Shown: one piece after another, positions 39,319 through 52,705 of the stretch
Position numbering within the stretch: the first letter of the stretch is position 1
Layout: each line of letters begins with the position of its first letter
DNA from: Catajapyx aquilonaris
Taxonomy: Eukaryota
Direction of reading: 5' to 3'
DNA: 62,788 bases
NCBI GenBank assembly: GCA_000934665.2
Contig: KZ537975.1
Location: forward strand, 124,001 to 186,788
Notes under the pieces: model-generated
Seen by the model: only the letters and a program-made list of their open reading frames with translations
Told to the model about the DNA's origin: nothing
Databases searched by the model: none
Made by a program: the position numbers and the translations under genes

Positions 39319-42300
39319 AGGAACTAGGAAATTGTGGCCAAACTGATGTCACCACCGCCTTTTTCTAACCTTCTAACTCACGACAGGCTCATTTTTTCTG
39401 CTCGCTCTTAATTGGCGCGATTATTTTGGCCGTATCCATCGCGTCGCAAAAAAACAATCATTATAAATCTTATATTGTGATTCATCACATTCCGCAGCCA
39501 CAAAACATTCGCCAGATTTCAAATGACCTACGTGTACACTGTACCAAATCTCAAAAAATGACACCAACCATTTCTCACTTCTCTTGGGTTTCCTGGAAAA
39601 GAAAGCCTTCCTTATATAAACCTTAATTTGATGCGCGAAAAAATTACAAAATCAAGTCTCTGTTATCTGAGAGTGTCACATTATTTCTACGAATTTTTTG
39701 TAATGATTTTTCCGACTTAATCTTTTCTTTGTACTGAAAGTGAGGTCAAAGCTGCTGCTGCGACTATCCCAATAAACATTCACAATTTTCTTCCCAGTTT
39801 TTTCGCAATTTTTTTCTGCAAGCCCCTGTCGAACATTTCTGCAAAATGGAGTGGAAAATTCTCCTCCATTATATATCCACTGGGCCAAGCCGGCAAAAGA
39901 CGTATAATGAAAATGCGAGATGGCGTGACCAAACCTCATGAACACGAGGCATGAGGTCTGGGGGCCTCATCTTGCAGGGGCCCCTCGTAACACTTGCCCG
40001 TAATATAGCTAATGGGAAAGGTGAAGTGAGCTGTGCTGATAGGATCCATAGACATCGGGGGGGGTCACTCACAAGTCAGGATGGGTAAATATTTTACGAA
40101 GCCAGATTCATTTAATTAATGGAATTTTAGGATGGTGGTTTTGTGGGGGGGAGAAAAGTTGCGTGATGTTACCTGTCGTATGGGTAAAAGTTACGGTCGG
40201 TCTGCAGGGGGCTCTCGGGCTGGTGCCAAACGGATTGCCCTCACGTTGTGACCTGGTGGCAGCAGCCTGGGGTCGAGGGACTTACAGCCTTTCGTGTGTG
40301 GCACGCGTAAGTCACACTAACTGGCACCCTTTTCCGCAGCATTGTAATGCGCGCTGAGTAAGTGCTGATTGGTATTATTGCACTGAGGAGTTGTCAACCA
40401 GGTGTTGTGACCTGTGTATGCAAATCGTTTCAGCTTGTTCACCCAGTACTTCGTACCCGAAGATGAAATCAGGCGGAATAACCCGTTGCAGAAATGTGAA
40501 ACATTGTCAGACAAACAACGGCCATCCTTTTATAACACATACACATACAAAGAATCAAATGATGCCGATTATCCAGACAGCTTTTACTCTGACGCCTCCT
40601 CTTGGTAGTTGGTACGGACTTTACAGCACATAATTACTATATACACATGGACTTATATTGTCGAGGGTTCCTTTCTCCCCCCAGAAACAACCTCTTAATT
40701 TTCCCAATTTCCTGCAATTTCCCACAGGAGCAATTTCGCAATTGCACGTAAATGAAAAATTCCGCTCGATCCAAGGTTTCCCACTCTGGCACGTGTAAAA
40801 TCCGCTCTCACTAAAACTAATGGTTATCCTAACCCATAGTTTCAAAGCCTCTCCCTGTAAATAATGTAAATCTTCAATGTGCAGCAAAGAGAAAGTGAAA
40901 ATCTCTTAAGTCTCTCTTTTGAAGATGGTGTCTCGCTTCTGTTCCTCCTGAGCCTGGATATTTTCTCAAAGCTTGCCGCTCTGCCTCTTAGTCCCGACGT
41001 GATGCGAAGGACAATGCATGGACCTTAAAATGGTTGGAGAAAAAAAAATTTGTTAAGAAGACGTCGGTCCCCAAAAGTCGTGTCCTCAGCCGTGAAAGCG
41101 TGCGCCATTAGGCCTGGGGAGGACTCCTGGGTCCGTACCGAAGCACGTGTTTCTCTCTTCCATGGGCACCCTCCAACTTTACGAGCGCCATTCGTGAGGC
41201 TTAACAGTGCGAAGATGTCTCATTATCGAACACGAAAGGAGGATTAGAGATGAGTATTCAAGCGTGCAGAGTGGGGCTCCGAATAGGCGCAGATACAACC
41301 TACTTTGTGTGCATATTCGTGGCGTGCCGCATATTTAGTTGCAATTTACTGCCCATTACGCTAATGGGCTTTGCGTAATTAAAGACTGTGGTCTACTAGT
41401 TGTCTCCCCCTAGTGTATTAGTCCTGTAGGGGGGAAAAAAAAGCAAACCAAGCTCCTTCCTCCAAAATGAGTCACGATCATTTTATTATCACTACCATTC
41501 CTCCGAGCATTACTATAATCAATGTGTTGATTTTACTGGAGGTGGAAATTAATAGTGCCATCTGCTTCAACGCACTCTCGGATGACTACACCGGTTCTTA
41601 ATAAGACAGATGTGTATACATCATTCATCTGTCACGTTACATCTATACACGCGAGGGTCCGAAAGATAATGAAATAATCGATATTTGGCCTGAAAGTTGG
41701 CTCATCTGGTTCTTGCAAAGTTGGTGTACAGCAAAAATATTTGTCCACGCATCCAGCACTTTTGATGCCCATTGTTTATGCAATTGTCCTTTTAAGCCGA
41801 CACTCCATAAATTGATCATGTTTAGTTCAAAATATTGAAAAATTCGTTATTTTAGAAGCTAATTTTTCTGCAATGAAAATTTTAAATGCTTAAAGCTGCG
41901 GTGCATAAATTTTCAGATGGGTAAATGAAACTGTTTTATGCAGCTAATTTAATTAAAATATTCACCTATGTGAAATCCTGCAGGCTAATAAACCCGAGTA
42001 AATACAGGTATTTATTAACTAGTACAAAACAATTTTTATTAACCAAAATGTGCTCGAGTGAATATTTGTATGAGCTTACAAATTTTCAGGGTGCTTTCTA
42101 TCGAAGGCCGATTTCAGCTCGTTTGAGGTGACATTGCTACTTGTGACAATGGACGTAATTGTGCCGTCACATCCAGGGCTAGAATAAGCGCAGCATCAGG
42201 CAAGAGACACACACCTTCTTGTCATGGGGACCAACCCACCTTAATGCGGCTTCGGTCGCCCACGGTTTGTTTCTGTCAACTTACTTACGCAGCCATGTCA

Positions 42301-43362
42301 AAGTCGGCTGATTGCAAGTGTCAGCAAAAAGAATTGCTGTCATCTCGAATCGTTCTACAGTCCTTGGCCCGCTTCCTTTTTCTGCCGTGTCGCAACCTGG
42401 TCTAGTTCATGCCCAACTTCCATCATGAGTTTAGTTCAATTTTTTTTCTTCAGCCGAGATGTTTTCTAGTGATTCATCAACAGAGACATGACAAGGTTAT
42501 TTTTATTGTAGCGCTGACCTATCTCAGCTGCAGCAGAAATTGTTAAAACACTACAACTTCATTAGGTCCAATTCTGGATCTGCCAATGGAGACCATTGAA
42601 TTCAACGCAGGGTAGTATTTTCACGAAAATCCTACCTAACTTTTACAGCCAAACAAACTGGTTACTTTATCCGAACAAAATCTTTGTCCGCGGCAATCAA
42701 ATGATAACGATTGTTATTTTTCAGTGCTAATCCCCCTATTAAAAATTTGTTTCCCGTCTTAGACAGCAGGATACTACCTAAAAACACGAAAAGCACCCGG
42801 ATACTCATTACACCTGCAATGACAGACCTGGCAAAAATAGAGCGACCCACCAAAACCAGCTTTTCCTCCTTCCAACCTGATGTTGATACTCAGACTTGGT
42901 GTACTAATGGCACGTGAGATAGCAAAATATTTATACCCAACGTCAGAGTCAGCTATCAATCATTCCGGTATCTTGCGGGCCCAAACCGGGTGTTAAGGAA
43001 ACTAACTGGAAAAAATTAAGCCAGCAACAAGTGGAGGTAGCTCGAGCAAGACGTCTCTCGTGACTTGAAAGTGATTAATTGCTCGGAGGTCAGTGTTAGA
43101 AATGACCGCCGGATGATTCCTGGACCCCGAGAGCACGTCAACAACTATAAGTAAATAAAAACTCGCTGCGAAAAATACACTCTTCAGTATAATGACAGCT
43201 GCTAATACCTCCAATCAGAAGACGACAGATTTTTGGCACATGCCGTATACGCCATTGCTAATTGCATAACTGAAACTAATAACGAGTCTTACAACCTCGA
43301 GGTATATGGTGGGAGGTATATTATAGGTAAGACAAAAATGCAAGCTGCTGCTGCCTTTCCAG

Positions 43363-43446
43363 TGACTTCATTTAAGTGGCGTTTCGGGCAACCATTTTTG
43401 ACATGGCGCTTACCACCAATATTTCATATACCCAGCCTGCAATCAG
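43363..43446 (+). other. Candidate isolated 84-nt exon
   Basis: Acceptor ctgcctttccag| and perfect donor CAG|GTAAGT. Length is a multiple of 3 and one frame is open. Confidence 0.2.
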
Positions 43447-46400
43447 GTAAGTCACGAGCAGCAGTAGCGATGTTGTCTGCTCCACTGGATTCGACTCGTT
43501 TCCTGCTCGCTTAATTCAAGCCCTTAACGTTTCAAGAATGTGACCATTGCACTGACCTTCCGTGACATTATTTCTGAGATCCTGTTTGTGTCATATTTGG
43601 AGGCTGCTGGTGTTAAGACAGAGGCAAACGAAAGTACTTCAAGTGCCAATTAACACTGGGATAACTACCAACTCGATATACGCTACACACAGTCCATAAA
43701 AAGAAAATGTCTGATTCCGTGCACTTCTATAATGCGAATTTTGCACCTGGGCTGGAAAATATTGCGATGAATCAAAAGTGGCGTTTCTCTCATTTCGTTT
43801 CGCACAATAATTTTTTTCCCCCTCCCATTCCATATAATCTGCTCCTCACGAGCGGTAAATTTCGTATTTGAAAAAGGAACGTACAATTCCGGGACAGTGC
43901 CAATGAGTGTTATTACAATAATTCCAAGTGACAAAAGTCGGGAGAAAGCGCGCTTGTTTCTTGATTCCTTAGCCACATTTCGTCCGCACGACAATTTGGC
44001 TGCTCCTCTTTGTTTCGGAATGAGGAAAAATCTCCAAGGGTCCACGATGTGCATGACGACTTGTGCACAGTTCTGCCACATTGACGATCCCTCTAAAATT
44101 AACTGTTCATAATGGCTCTCTCTATTCCCCCATCTTCTTTTCGCAGAAGGCTATCCAAGAGCCATTGTCACGGACAAAAGACCCGCCGAGTCATATTTTC
44201 TCGCTTCACTCTCTCTTCTTTATCCGTAACAAGGTCGTCCCTTAACATCATCTCTGGGTCGCAATCTCCATTAGGTCGCCAGCTCATTTTTGCAATGGAC
44301 ATAAAAAATATATCTGCAAAGGGGCGGAGCTTTGGTGTCCTATCAGGTTGCGTCGTAGCAAAAAGCAGCATCGATTCTCAATAAAACCAGGCCTGAATTG
44401 CTCATGCGCGCCTTAAATAAAAGCAAACAAGATGGTTCCTCTTCTTGCAGGAAAATTTTTGCATAGCTTTTGCAAAGTGTGACACTGGTTTTTTTTGGGA
44501 CCGAACCTGTCCTAAACCACGTAATGAAGAGAGTCGCTAGTGTACAAATTGCGTAAGAGCAAGATTCAGCAATGACTTGTCGTCGCGTTTAAAATAATAG
44601 ATAGCTACCTGTTCTTTCTCTCCTAAATGGGACAGGCTGTAACCCAGTTGATTTACGAGCCGAATCCAATCTGGGCAAATTGCAAAACGAAACTTCTTCC
44701 CAATCTCGGGAGCACTAAATAAACACAAAGTCAGGCTTCGCAAGTGTCGAACTTGATGCATTGCGCATCCATACATGTCCAAGTGACCCCTCCTCTTTAA
44801 TCGCTTTGGAAGAAAGAAAGAAAAAAAATGGGGACAAGATTTCTAACATACGCAGAACGAGGAGTGGTACCTCACGATTTGGAATAGTAGCACCTAATTG
44901 CAGACACGGTGAACTTGTTTCCAGTGTGCGTATGCATGGGAGCTAAAATGGCTTATCTAATGCACGATACATGGTTCTTAGAAATCGCGCTGCTGCCTGT
45001 GAACTGCTACTGCTATTCGTTCCGGACCAACTCACACCAACCTTCATAAAAATTTAATCAGAAGAACCATACCCAATAATTCGTGCAATGATGATTTTAA
45101 CATTTTAAGAGGCGACAGACCCGGACCAAAAAATTCCACGCTCTAAGAAAAAATGGCATGAAAGTTACAGCAGGTACCTGAATTTAAATTTCAAAATTTA
45201 AATTTAAAAATTCATCTACCGAACTGCAATCGCTCACAAAATGCAAATTCATAGCAACTTCGATGGAAAAATCGCTCGAGACTCAAAAATTTACCAAATT
45301 TCGCAACCTATTTGCGTCAAATATGCGCCAACTTTCTCGCTGAACCTGCTGAAATAAATCAGGCAAAAAGGTCAGGCCTTTGCAATTCAGGAACACCTAT
45401 CCTGTAATTACGATAGGAAGACGATAAGGTGAAACATACCGGCTAGCTATTTTTTTTTTGTCTTGGTCCGAAATTCTATCCCGAAACCTTGAACATTTCG
45501 CCTCAGGGTGGTGGATGGGTAGCAGGTTTCACCAAAAGCTAATCAACGGTTATTTTCAGGTGCATATTATACGTGGAAAGTTCTGAAAAGTCACGGAAGA
45601 ACGAATAAAATAGACGGCTAGTTTTCCAATCGCGTCCGGTTTGGCTCCAAGCCCAATGTGTACGTGAATGTCATGGAAAGAGGGTCTCTCTATGTCGAAG
45701 GAATGAATGAATAGAATGCAAGGCGATAATGAGAAATGATTAGAGTAGAGCTTGGCGCCGGCCAGGTTCAAGTGGGTCAAGGTGGATTTTTTTTAGCGAA
45801 AAAAAGGTGGAGGATCAACAATTGGGTGTCGCAATTTTCGGTCAAAGTGCGCAATTTCCCCACGTGTCGATTTAAAACCGTATGCCATGGAAAGTGATTG
45901 GATGCATTACTTCAGAGGGGCTCTCCATCTAATTGGCATTTTCTATTCGAAGTCGAAGCCATTAGTAAGCTTTAATGTCCCAAGAAATAATGAAGGCGTC
46001 ACTCCACACGTGATACGCATGTAAACTACACAATTGAGATTGCTTGCACACGGTTAATTACACCTATTAAGTCATACTAACCAACATGTTGACGTCGATC
46101 TTACTGGAAGATTTCACTGTCCGCGAGTTTGCAATTAATTTTTGGTATGCACCCTCAAAGTGCTTTAGGTAAGAAAAGCTACTGGTTTATGATCCGTGAC
46201 TAATATCCACGATTTCGCCAGAACAAGGCCAGAAGTGTCCTGCAACCAGTTTGATCTTGCCACTGAAAATTCTAATAAATATTTGTCTACGTGCTCAAAT
46301 ATTTTCAGGTAGTGCATGTGTCCCAAATTTTTGCTTGCATCGACAAAAGAAATTCTAATTCCCATGTAGCAATGCCGTAAAAATTGGCGACATTTGAGTT

Positions 46401-48468
46401 CTTACATGTTGCAGTGTGGCCAAGGCAGACATATTTCACGAAGCAGTTTTTACGGTGCCCAATTTTGGTTCCAGCACGTTCTGCCACTCACATTTTACAA
46501 CTGCCAATTCCTTCGGGTTAAAAAACAATAGCTTACGAATATTAATCACATCCTAAACCAATACGTCAACATCGTACATTTCTCTCAGCGGCAATTAAGC
46601 AAACAAAAGCAGAACAAGAACGATCATCGATCACGAACCTATACATACTTCCCAAGGCAGTACTTGTTTTAATGAGTGTCGCGGCCAAGGTATGTCGTCA
46701 CTAATTACACGGTTCGGCGAGCCTTGCACCTGACCCGACCGTGCTTGGTCTCCTTCCGATATCTCAAAAGGTAACGGGGGTCCTCGAGGGTACGAACCTT
46801 GCAGCCGGTAACAGCATCTGGAATGTCGGGCCATTATCTCTCTTTGCCAGAGGTCGATACGCAATATATCACTGGCTATACGCAATTAAAGCCGTTCCAT
46901 ACTTCTTTTTCTGACCTAACCAACTCGCAAGATATGCGAAACCTCGAATGTAGAAAAAAAAGTGATTTGCACACCTCCTGGAGAGACCAACCCGAGGGTC
47001 AACATTTCCTCTACTGACTATGAGCAAATATCTTGCTGGATATTTTTTTTTGTCGTTTCTTAATGAAGAATTGTGGGAAGCGGCATTTTTCCTAGGAATT
47101 CGAGACGTTTGGCTCATTCAGCACGCGATCTTTTGCCCCTTCACATCACTCAGGTACAGGTGTCTTCTTACCACTTACACGCACTTACTACTGGTCATGT
47201 CACTAGTGGTTGCAGAAGCTTGCAGAACAGCTCAGCCTTGATTTTTTGCACAATTTTTCCGGTACACCAAGTTTACAGGGGCAGCGGCATAAATTAAGTC
47301 ACACTGCCTTTGACGACTTCATATATTATTCCCTTTCCTGTTGTCCGTCGCAATGATTCTTATTCGCAACAATCAACGATTTTCACTGGACATTTGTGTC
47401 CATCACTCAGTAGAAATAGTTTGCTAGACCGTGAGTGATGTTAGCTAAGTAACAAATATTTGCTCGCATCTGCAATTAAGTTGTTACTGAAAATTTTTAA
47501 ACGATTATAGCCTGTATGACGTTTTTATGTGATATGTTTTGATGCAGATTCATCTGTGGCGCATTCATTCAGTCGGGTTTGGGTATGGAGGAGTTCCTCA
47601 ACCGGTTTCTCATAAAAGTTACACCTCTCTACGGAGAATGATTTCTGCCTCGGACACTGATCCATAAAGAAAGCGCAAATAATTGCGATAATAGGTGATG
47701 AAAATCTTAACGATGACGTAGATGACTGCAATGCTATTAGGCAATAATGTAGGGTGGGTGCTCCGAAATACTGCACGTTATCATAGGTTACTGCTCAACA
47801 AACCAATTGAATGTAATAAAACTCCTTCAGACTCATAATTTTCAAAGCGTCTACAAATGAAAAGTCAACAAGCCATGAAGTGGTTTGAAGATATTCCCCC
47901 ATGGATGTCAGACAACTACATATAAATTATCGCACATCTCCAATGAAACTGTCTCACATAACATACTCCTCGAGTATATCGTAATGCTCACTCGATCTTT
48001 AACAAGCCAATGATATAACATTTTCCCTGGCAGCAACTAGGTGCCAATGTTTCCTATACAAAGGTAGAGCACAGATCAAGTGTAAGGTCATTAACAAAAG
48101 GAAAGGTTGTTTGAAGGAAGCGAGGAAAAGAGCAAGGGTTGACTTAGAAAAGGGCAAGAAATCCCCATGATTAGATCTAGTGCGATAATCGATGTTCCTT
48201 GTGAGCAAAACTAAATGCAGAAGTTCATTATTGGAAAGGTCGAGAGATGGAAAATTTTGCGCCTTCAACTTATGTTTCAAGTTTTCATTTTTGTAACACT
48301 TATATGTTGTGGCCTGTTAATGTCAAAGCAGCAATATCCATAAACTTCCAAAATTATACGGTGCAATACCACAGTTAATGACCAACTTGAACAAAAATAA
48401 CAATACATTAGAAAACATTAATTTTGCATGATTGAATCACGAAAGCTCGTAGTTAAGAAAACTGAACT

Positions 48469-48498
48469 AATCAGTGCACCGAATTCGGTTCACTAATT
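48469..48498. repeat. 30-bp imperfect palindrome (2 mismatched pairs) centred on GAATTC
   Basis: AATcAGTGcACCGAA|TTCGGTtCACTaATT. Confidence 0.85.
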
Positions 48499-49203
48499 TA
48501 TATGCCCCGTGCCTGCAAATTACAATAATCTGGAACCCGCCCTGTCAGTTCAGACCCGATAATCCATGGCCTGCTATTTATATTTCCTGTTCCTGCAAAG
48601 CTGACATCAGTGCTCATTAGTGCCTGCATCACGTATTGAAATATATCGTTACCATTTTGAAGCAACACCTATCATATCCCGTTAAAATGGCCCACGAAAA
48701 ACATCATTACTAAGTGTCCAGCCAGCATGAAAGCGCGTTATCTACCTGGGAGCGACCTCGAGGCCCTCTCAGGCCTCTTAACCCCTTGCATTGAACCTCG
48801 TGATTTATTTCATCTATACGCATGACCTACACCTCCGGGGCACTCACTGAGCATGCTTAGCGTAATGAGAATGAGGTATCGCATACTATTTTTTTGGCCA
48901 CTTGCGCACTTTCTATGACGTCTGTCCAACTCCAGTTCACATGCGTAAATGTTGCAGACCCCCCAACGTGTGTCTGTTATTTTTTTGCGATGTGACATTA
49001 ACACCACGGTGACACTAGTGCTAATTAATGAACCTGCTGGTTATGCACAATCCGCGATAAGAGCTTGAGAAAGTCATGTTCTGATGAAAAAATCTGAGCC
49101 CGTCTTCCTGTTTATCAGTAAAGAAAAGCCATAAACACAACAGGACTGACCTTCTTTATGTCTCACCTGTAATGATATGGACGCAAAAGCGTCAACCTGA
49201 TTT

Positions 49204-49216
49204 CCCCCCCCCCCCC
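49204..49216. repeat. Poly-C tract (C13)
   Basis: Read directly. Confidence 0.97.
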
Positions 49217-52200
49217 ACGCAACCCGGACTTTATGTAATGAAATCCTTGAAGCCTTGATCTGACTTGCCATCTTCGTCCTTGCTTGGCTGAATTTAGCGA
49301 CAAACTAACGAGCTTAATAAAGCTGCCTCCTTAAAAATTGTAAATAGAAGTGTCGCTCATTCCAGATAGCGGTATCATGCTATACTCAACAATGTTCATC
49401 CAATTAACCGAGTGATGCCAACGAAAGGTTGTTTGCCTGATAAGCAGATTAGCTTCCGTTATTTTTGCCAGCCCCCTAAAGTGCTTTGCTTATTTTTTCT
49501 TTTAATTGTTCAGGTTCCTCTCAAAAGCATCAACTTACTTCATACCCGGCCAACTGGTAGCCCTATCGTAAAATAGCGTGTTACACGAAACCAAATATTA
49601 ATAAAATCTTGTTAATTGCGCATAAGAAAGTGGTTTTCCCTCATCCTTCAGAAAAAAACAACAACTAGGCGATGCTTGCAACACATAACTACTGTGCAGC
49701 CAGTTTGAAGACTTCGGCCTTCATGAAGTCATTTTCAGATCCACCGTACGTATTATTATTCGGCTTTAATTTCCGCTGTCGGTCAAAATAGGCGTTAATT
49801 TACAGCACCGTTACATGCAGGGAGATAAAACTTGGTATGATACTAAGTCGCCCTTTCGTGTTTGTATTGCACCGTATAATTCCAATTTAGTGCAACAGCT
49901 CGGGGTAATTACAGTACTCTGAAAATACATTGCGTGGCCATTAGGCCTTCCTAATATTCAATAACACGGAATCACACAGTGTGATCCTACACTAGGGAAG
50001 AATAATTAAAATGCGTACAATAGACCCCAAGTCCTTGGGTCCAGATTGGAATAAACCGCTTATGTGCAATCCGCGCGGCATCAGTGCGACCCAATCCGAT
50101 TTGAGCAATAACTCAAGTAGGGTCAAAGCGCGGCAGTAGCCCAAGAATTTGGCGGCGTCGTGTACCCCCCCGTCCAACAATGTTCAGGGCTTGCGACCAT
50201 CAATTACTCCTTCCTGGCCTGGCTGCTACGACCCAAAACCAGTTTTCTCTCCAAGCTAAAGCATGGCTCTAGCTGTAATGAGCTGCACCCTTCGTTGGAC
50301 AAGAATCCAGAGCAGCAGACGCGTCCAAGTGCTGATGGTGCCATTGAAATCTGATATTCAAAAGTGCAGCCGATACATTGTTGAATTCCCGATTTATTGG
50401 AGCAAACCGTCACAGTGGGCAGTATCAAACAACATGACTTGCTCTTTCAGTGATGATGGCCGAATGATAGTCTATCGATCTGAGAGATAAACTATCTGTC
50501 AGCAGCCTTTAACTGCGGACTTCGTGCGCCCCACCTGACAAGATGTGCTATATTGTTAAGCATGTGAATGTCAGTGGAGCAGGCAGGATTTAAACTGACT
50601 CGAGAATCAATTAATAAAACCTTGTAATGTCTCAGGCGCAATATAGGTGGGGCTTGTGCCATCGTCACGAAGGGCGTCACGACTCATTCCACAACTATTA
50701 TCAACATCTCTACAAACTGCCTACACATAACGCAAGTGGGTCTTGAAGGCTGTACACTTAATTACTGCCAGTTATTGTTGAATCATTTGAATCCAATTCT
50801 TGATCCGCAAATTATTTCCCCCCAACTCTAGTAGAGTAACACATTGCTGCTCAATTGATAAGTGTGGCGTTTACTGAATTTTTTACTACCAGTCCTAAGC
50901 ACAGAATAAAATGGATGGGCCGTGATGAGGAGGTAAAGTGAATCAAGAGGCGTTTAATCATCGGGATTACGCCGTACCGAGCATTAATTCTGTCCAACAA
51001 TGATGAATTTAGGTGGGCAAAGGGGTAAAATGTGAGAAATTATAGGATTATCTCCCACACGACCTCTGGACTGGGCCCCACAGTATTGTGACAGCAACTT
51101 TTTTTTTAATGTCCAAGAGCTGCTGATTCATGGCGTTTTATGATAATTAAGCTTAGTAGGTAACATATTTTCCGGTTTAGCAGGCACTTGTAAAGGGATT
51201 TTAGTGCTTGTTCCAATAGAAAGCAAACGGTCCTCCAGCCATTCCTATCAATCTTCATCAGAAAAAGGCCAAAGCCTGTGGAAAAAGCAGTTTTTCTTAT
51301 TATTTCCTCGACATAATAGCAATTATCTCGAGATGTGGTGTACGAAATGGAACCTCTTTCTTGCCTATTTGACAGAATCAGGAAACTGCTTTCACCTCAT
51401 CCTTCTCTTTGAAAATGCTAAATAGCAGGGTTATAATGCATGTTCGAATTGTCTTCAGACACGGAAGAACATCTCTCCATTAAACTGGTTGCATGTATTG
51501 TGACATTACTTATACGAGCGAGTACTGCCAACATCATGCAAAAATTGGCTGAACTCCTCAGAAAGATTCTGGTATTACAAAAATTCGCGTTTCGAGCTCC
51601 ACCTTACAAGTCATTACACATAATCCTACAACCGCGACAAATTGCACGGTAGCCCAATTTCGTCAGTCCGTTTGTCCAGGTCTTGTGTGACAGCTGGAGA
51701 GAGCTTCCGGAGAGGTTTTCTCCGAGAGACGCGTTCGTGCTTCACGTACGGGTCTTAAATATTTTGATAGGGCCTCCTTAATATGCAGGCGGCGAGTTGA
51801 GAACCCTCTCTCACACCAGCTAACGACATCCATTACCTTCTCATCTCGACACGCAGGAGGCTGGAAGAAGTGTCAGTCCCAACCGAAATGACGGGGAAAC
51901 GTGACACCTCCCAGTGCTACTGCCAACACGCATACCAATTTTTACTGCCGCTTTCAAAATGCACTTTGAATATAACCCTCGGCTCCAGAGGGGACAATTT
52001 ACTGGCGGTATGTAACCGGCGTAATATGAACACGCCCTTGTTACGACCGAATTTTGATACATTTTGCTCAATGATTTGCAACAAAAATTTCGCGTAATAA
52101 GTGCAGATTTGTTATTCCGAACACGTCCGCTCTCTTATCACATCAATTTGCCATTAAGGACATTCCGTGATTAAACTAAGGGTACGGCAAAAACCCATCC

Positions 52201-52636
52201 CGGTTGCACCGACTTTAATTGCCACTTTGATATTATCCCGTCCATTGAAATTAAACGGGGATTATTACCCGGCAATTATCACAGATTTTCCGATGGCCCG
52301 AGTACGATCCAAAAAGCATCGGGCTAATGGAATCTGACGTTATGTCCTCCGGTTTGTTGCACATACAATATTAACTGGCTTTAATCAGATAGCTAATGAT
52401 AAGCTTCCTCTCTGCATAACCAAGAGGAGGAGCTATAAAGATGTCAAGTTTCAGTTTATTAATTGAACAATGTTGGTTTTTTGATACACTGTGCAAATAT
52501 TTCTGCGCATGTAACGCTCCTCAGATTTATGTCAGTTACACACAATTTTTTTGTGCGTCTTCTGCGTGACACAGTGGACCCCACTCGACAATAGCACATT
52601 TCCTCATCCCTTCACTTCCACTTTGACAAATCCCAG

Positions 52637-52705
52637 AGAGAAGTCTCCCAGCTGGAGATGAAAGAGAAGAAGCCCCCACCACCACCACCTGACACCATCC
52701 TACAC
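52637..52705 (+). other. Candidate isolated 69-nt exon encoding a poly-Pro peptide, or simply a (CCA)n repeat
   Basis: Pyrimidine-rich upstream sequence ending tttgacaaatcccag|, reads REVSQLEMKEKKPPPPPPDTILH, then CAC|GTATGA. Confidence 0.17.

Noticed and set aside
41890..50512. TTAAAGCTGC ... GCAGCCTTTAA as Kolobok-like termini
   Set aside because: The match is short and imperfect, and I recognised no transposase between them.
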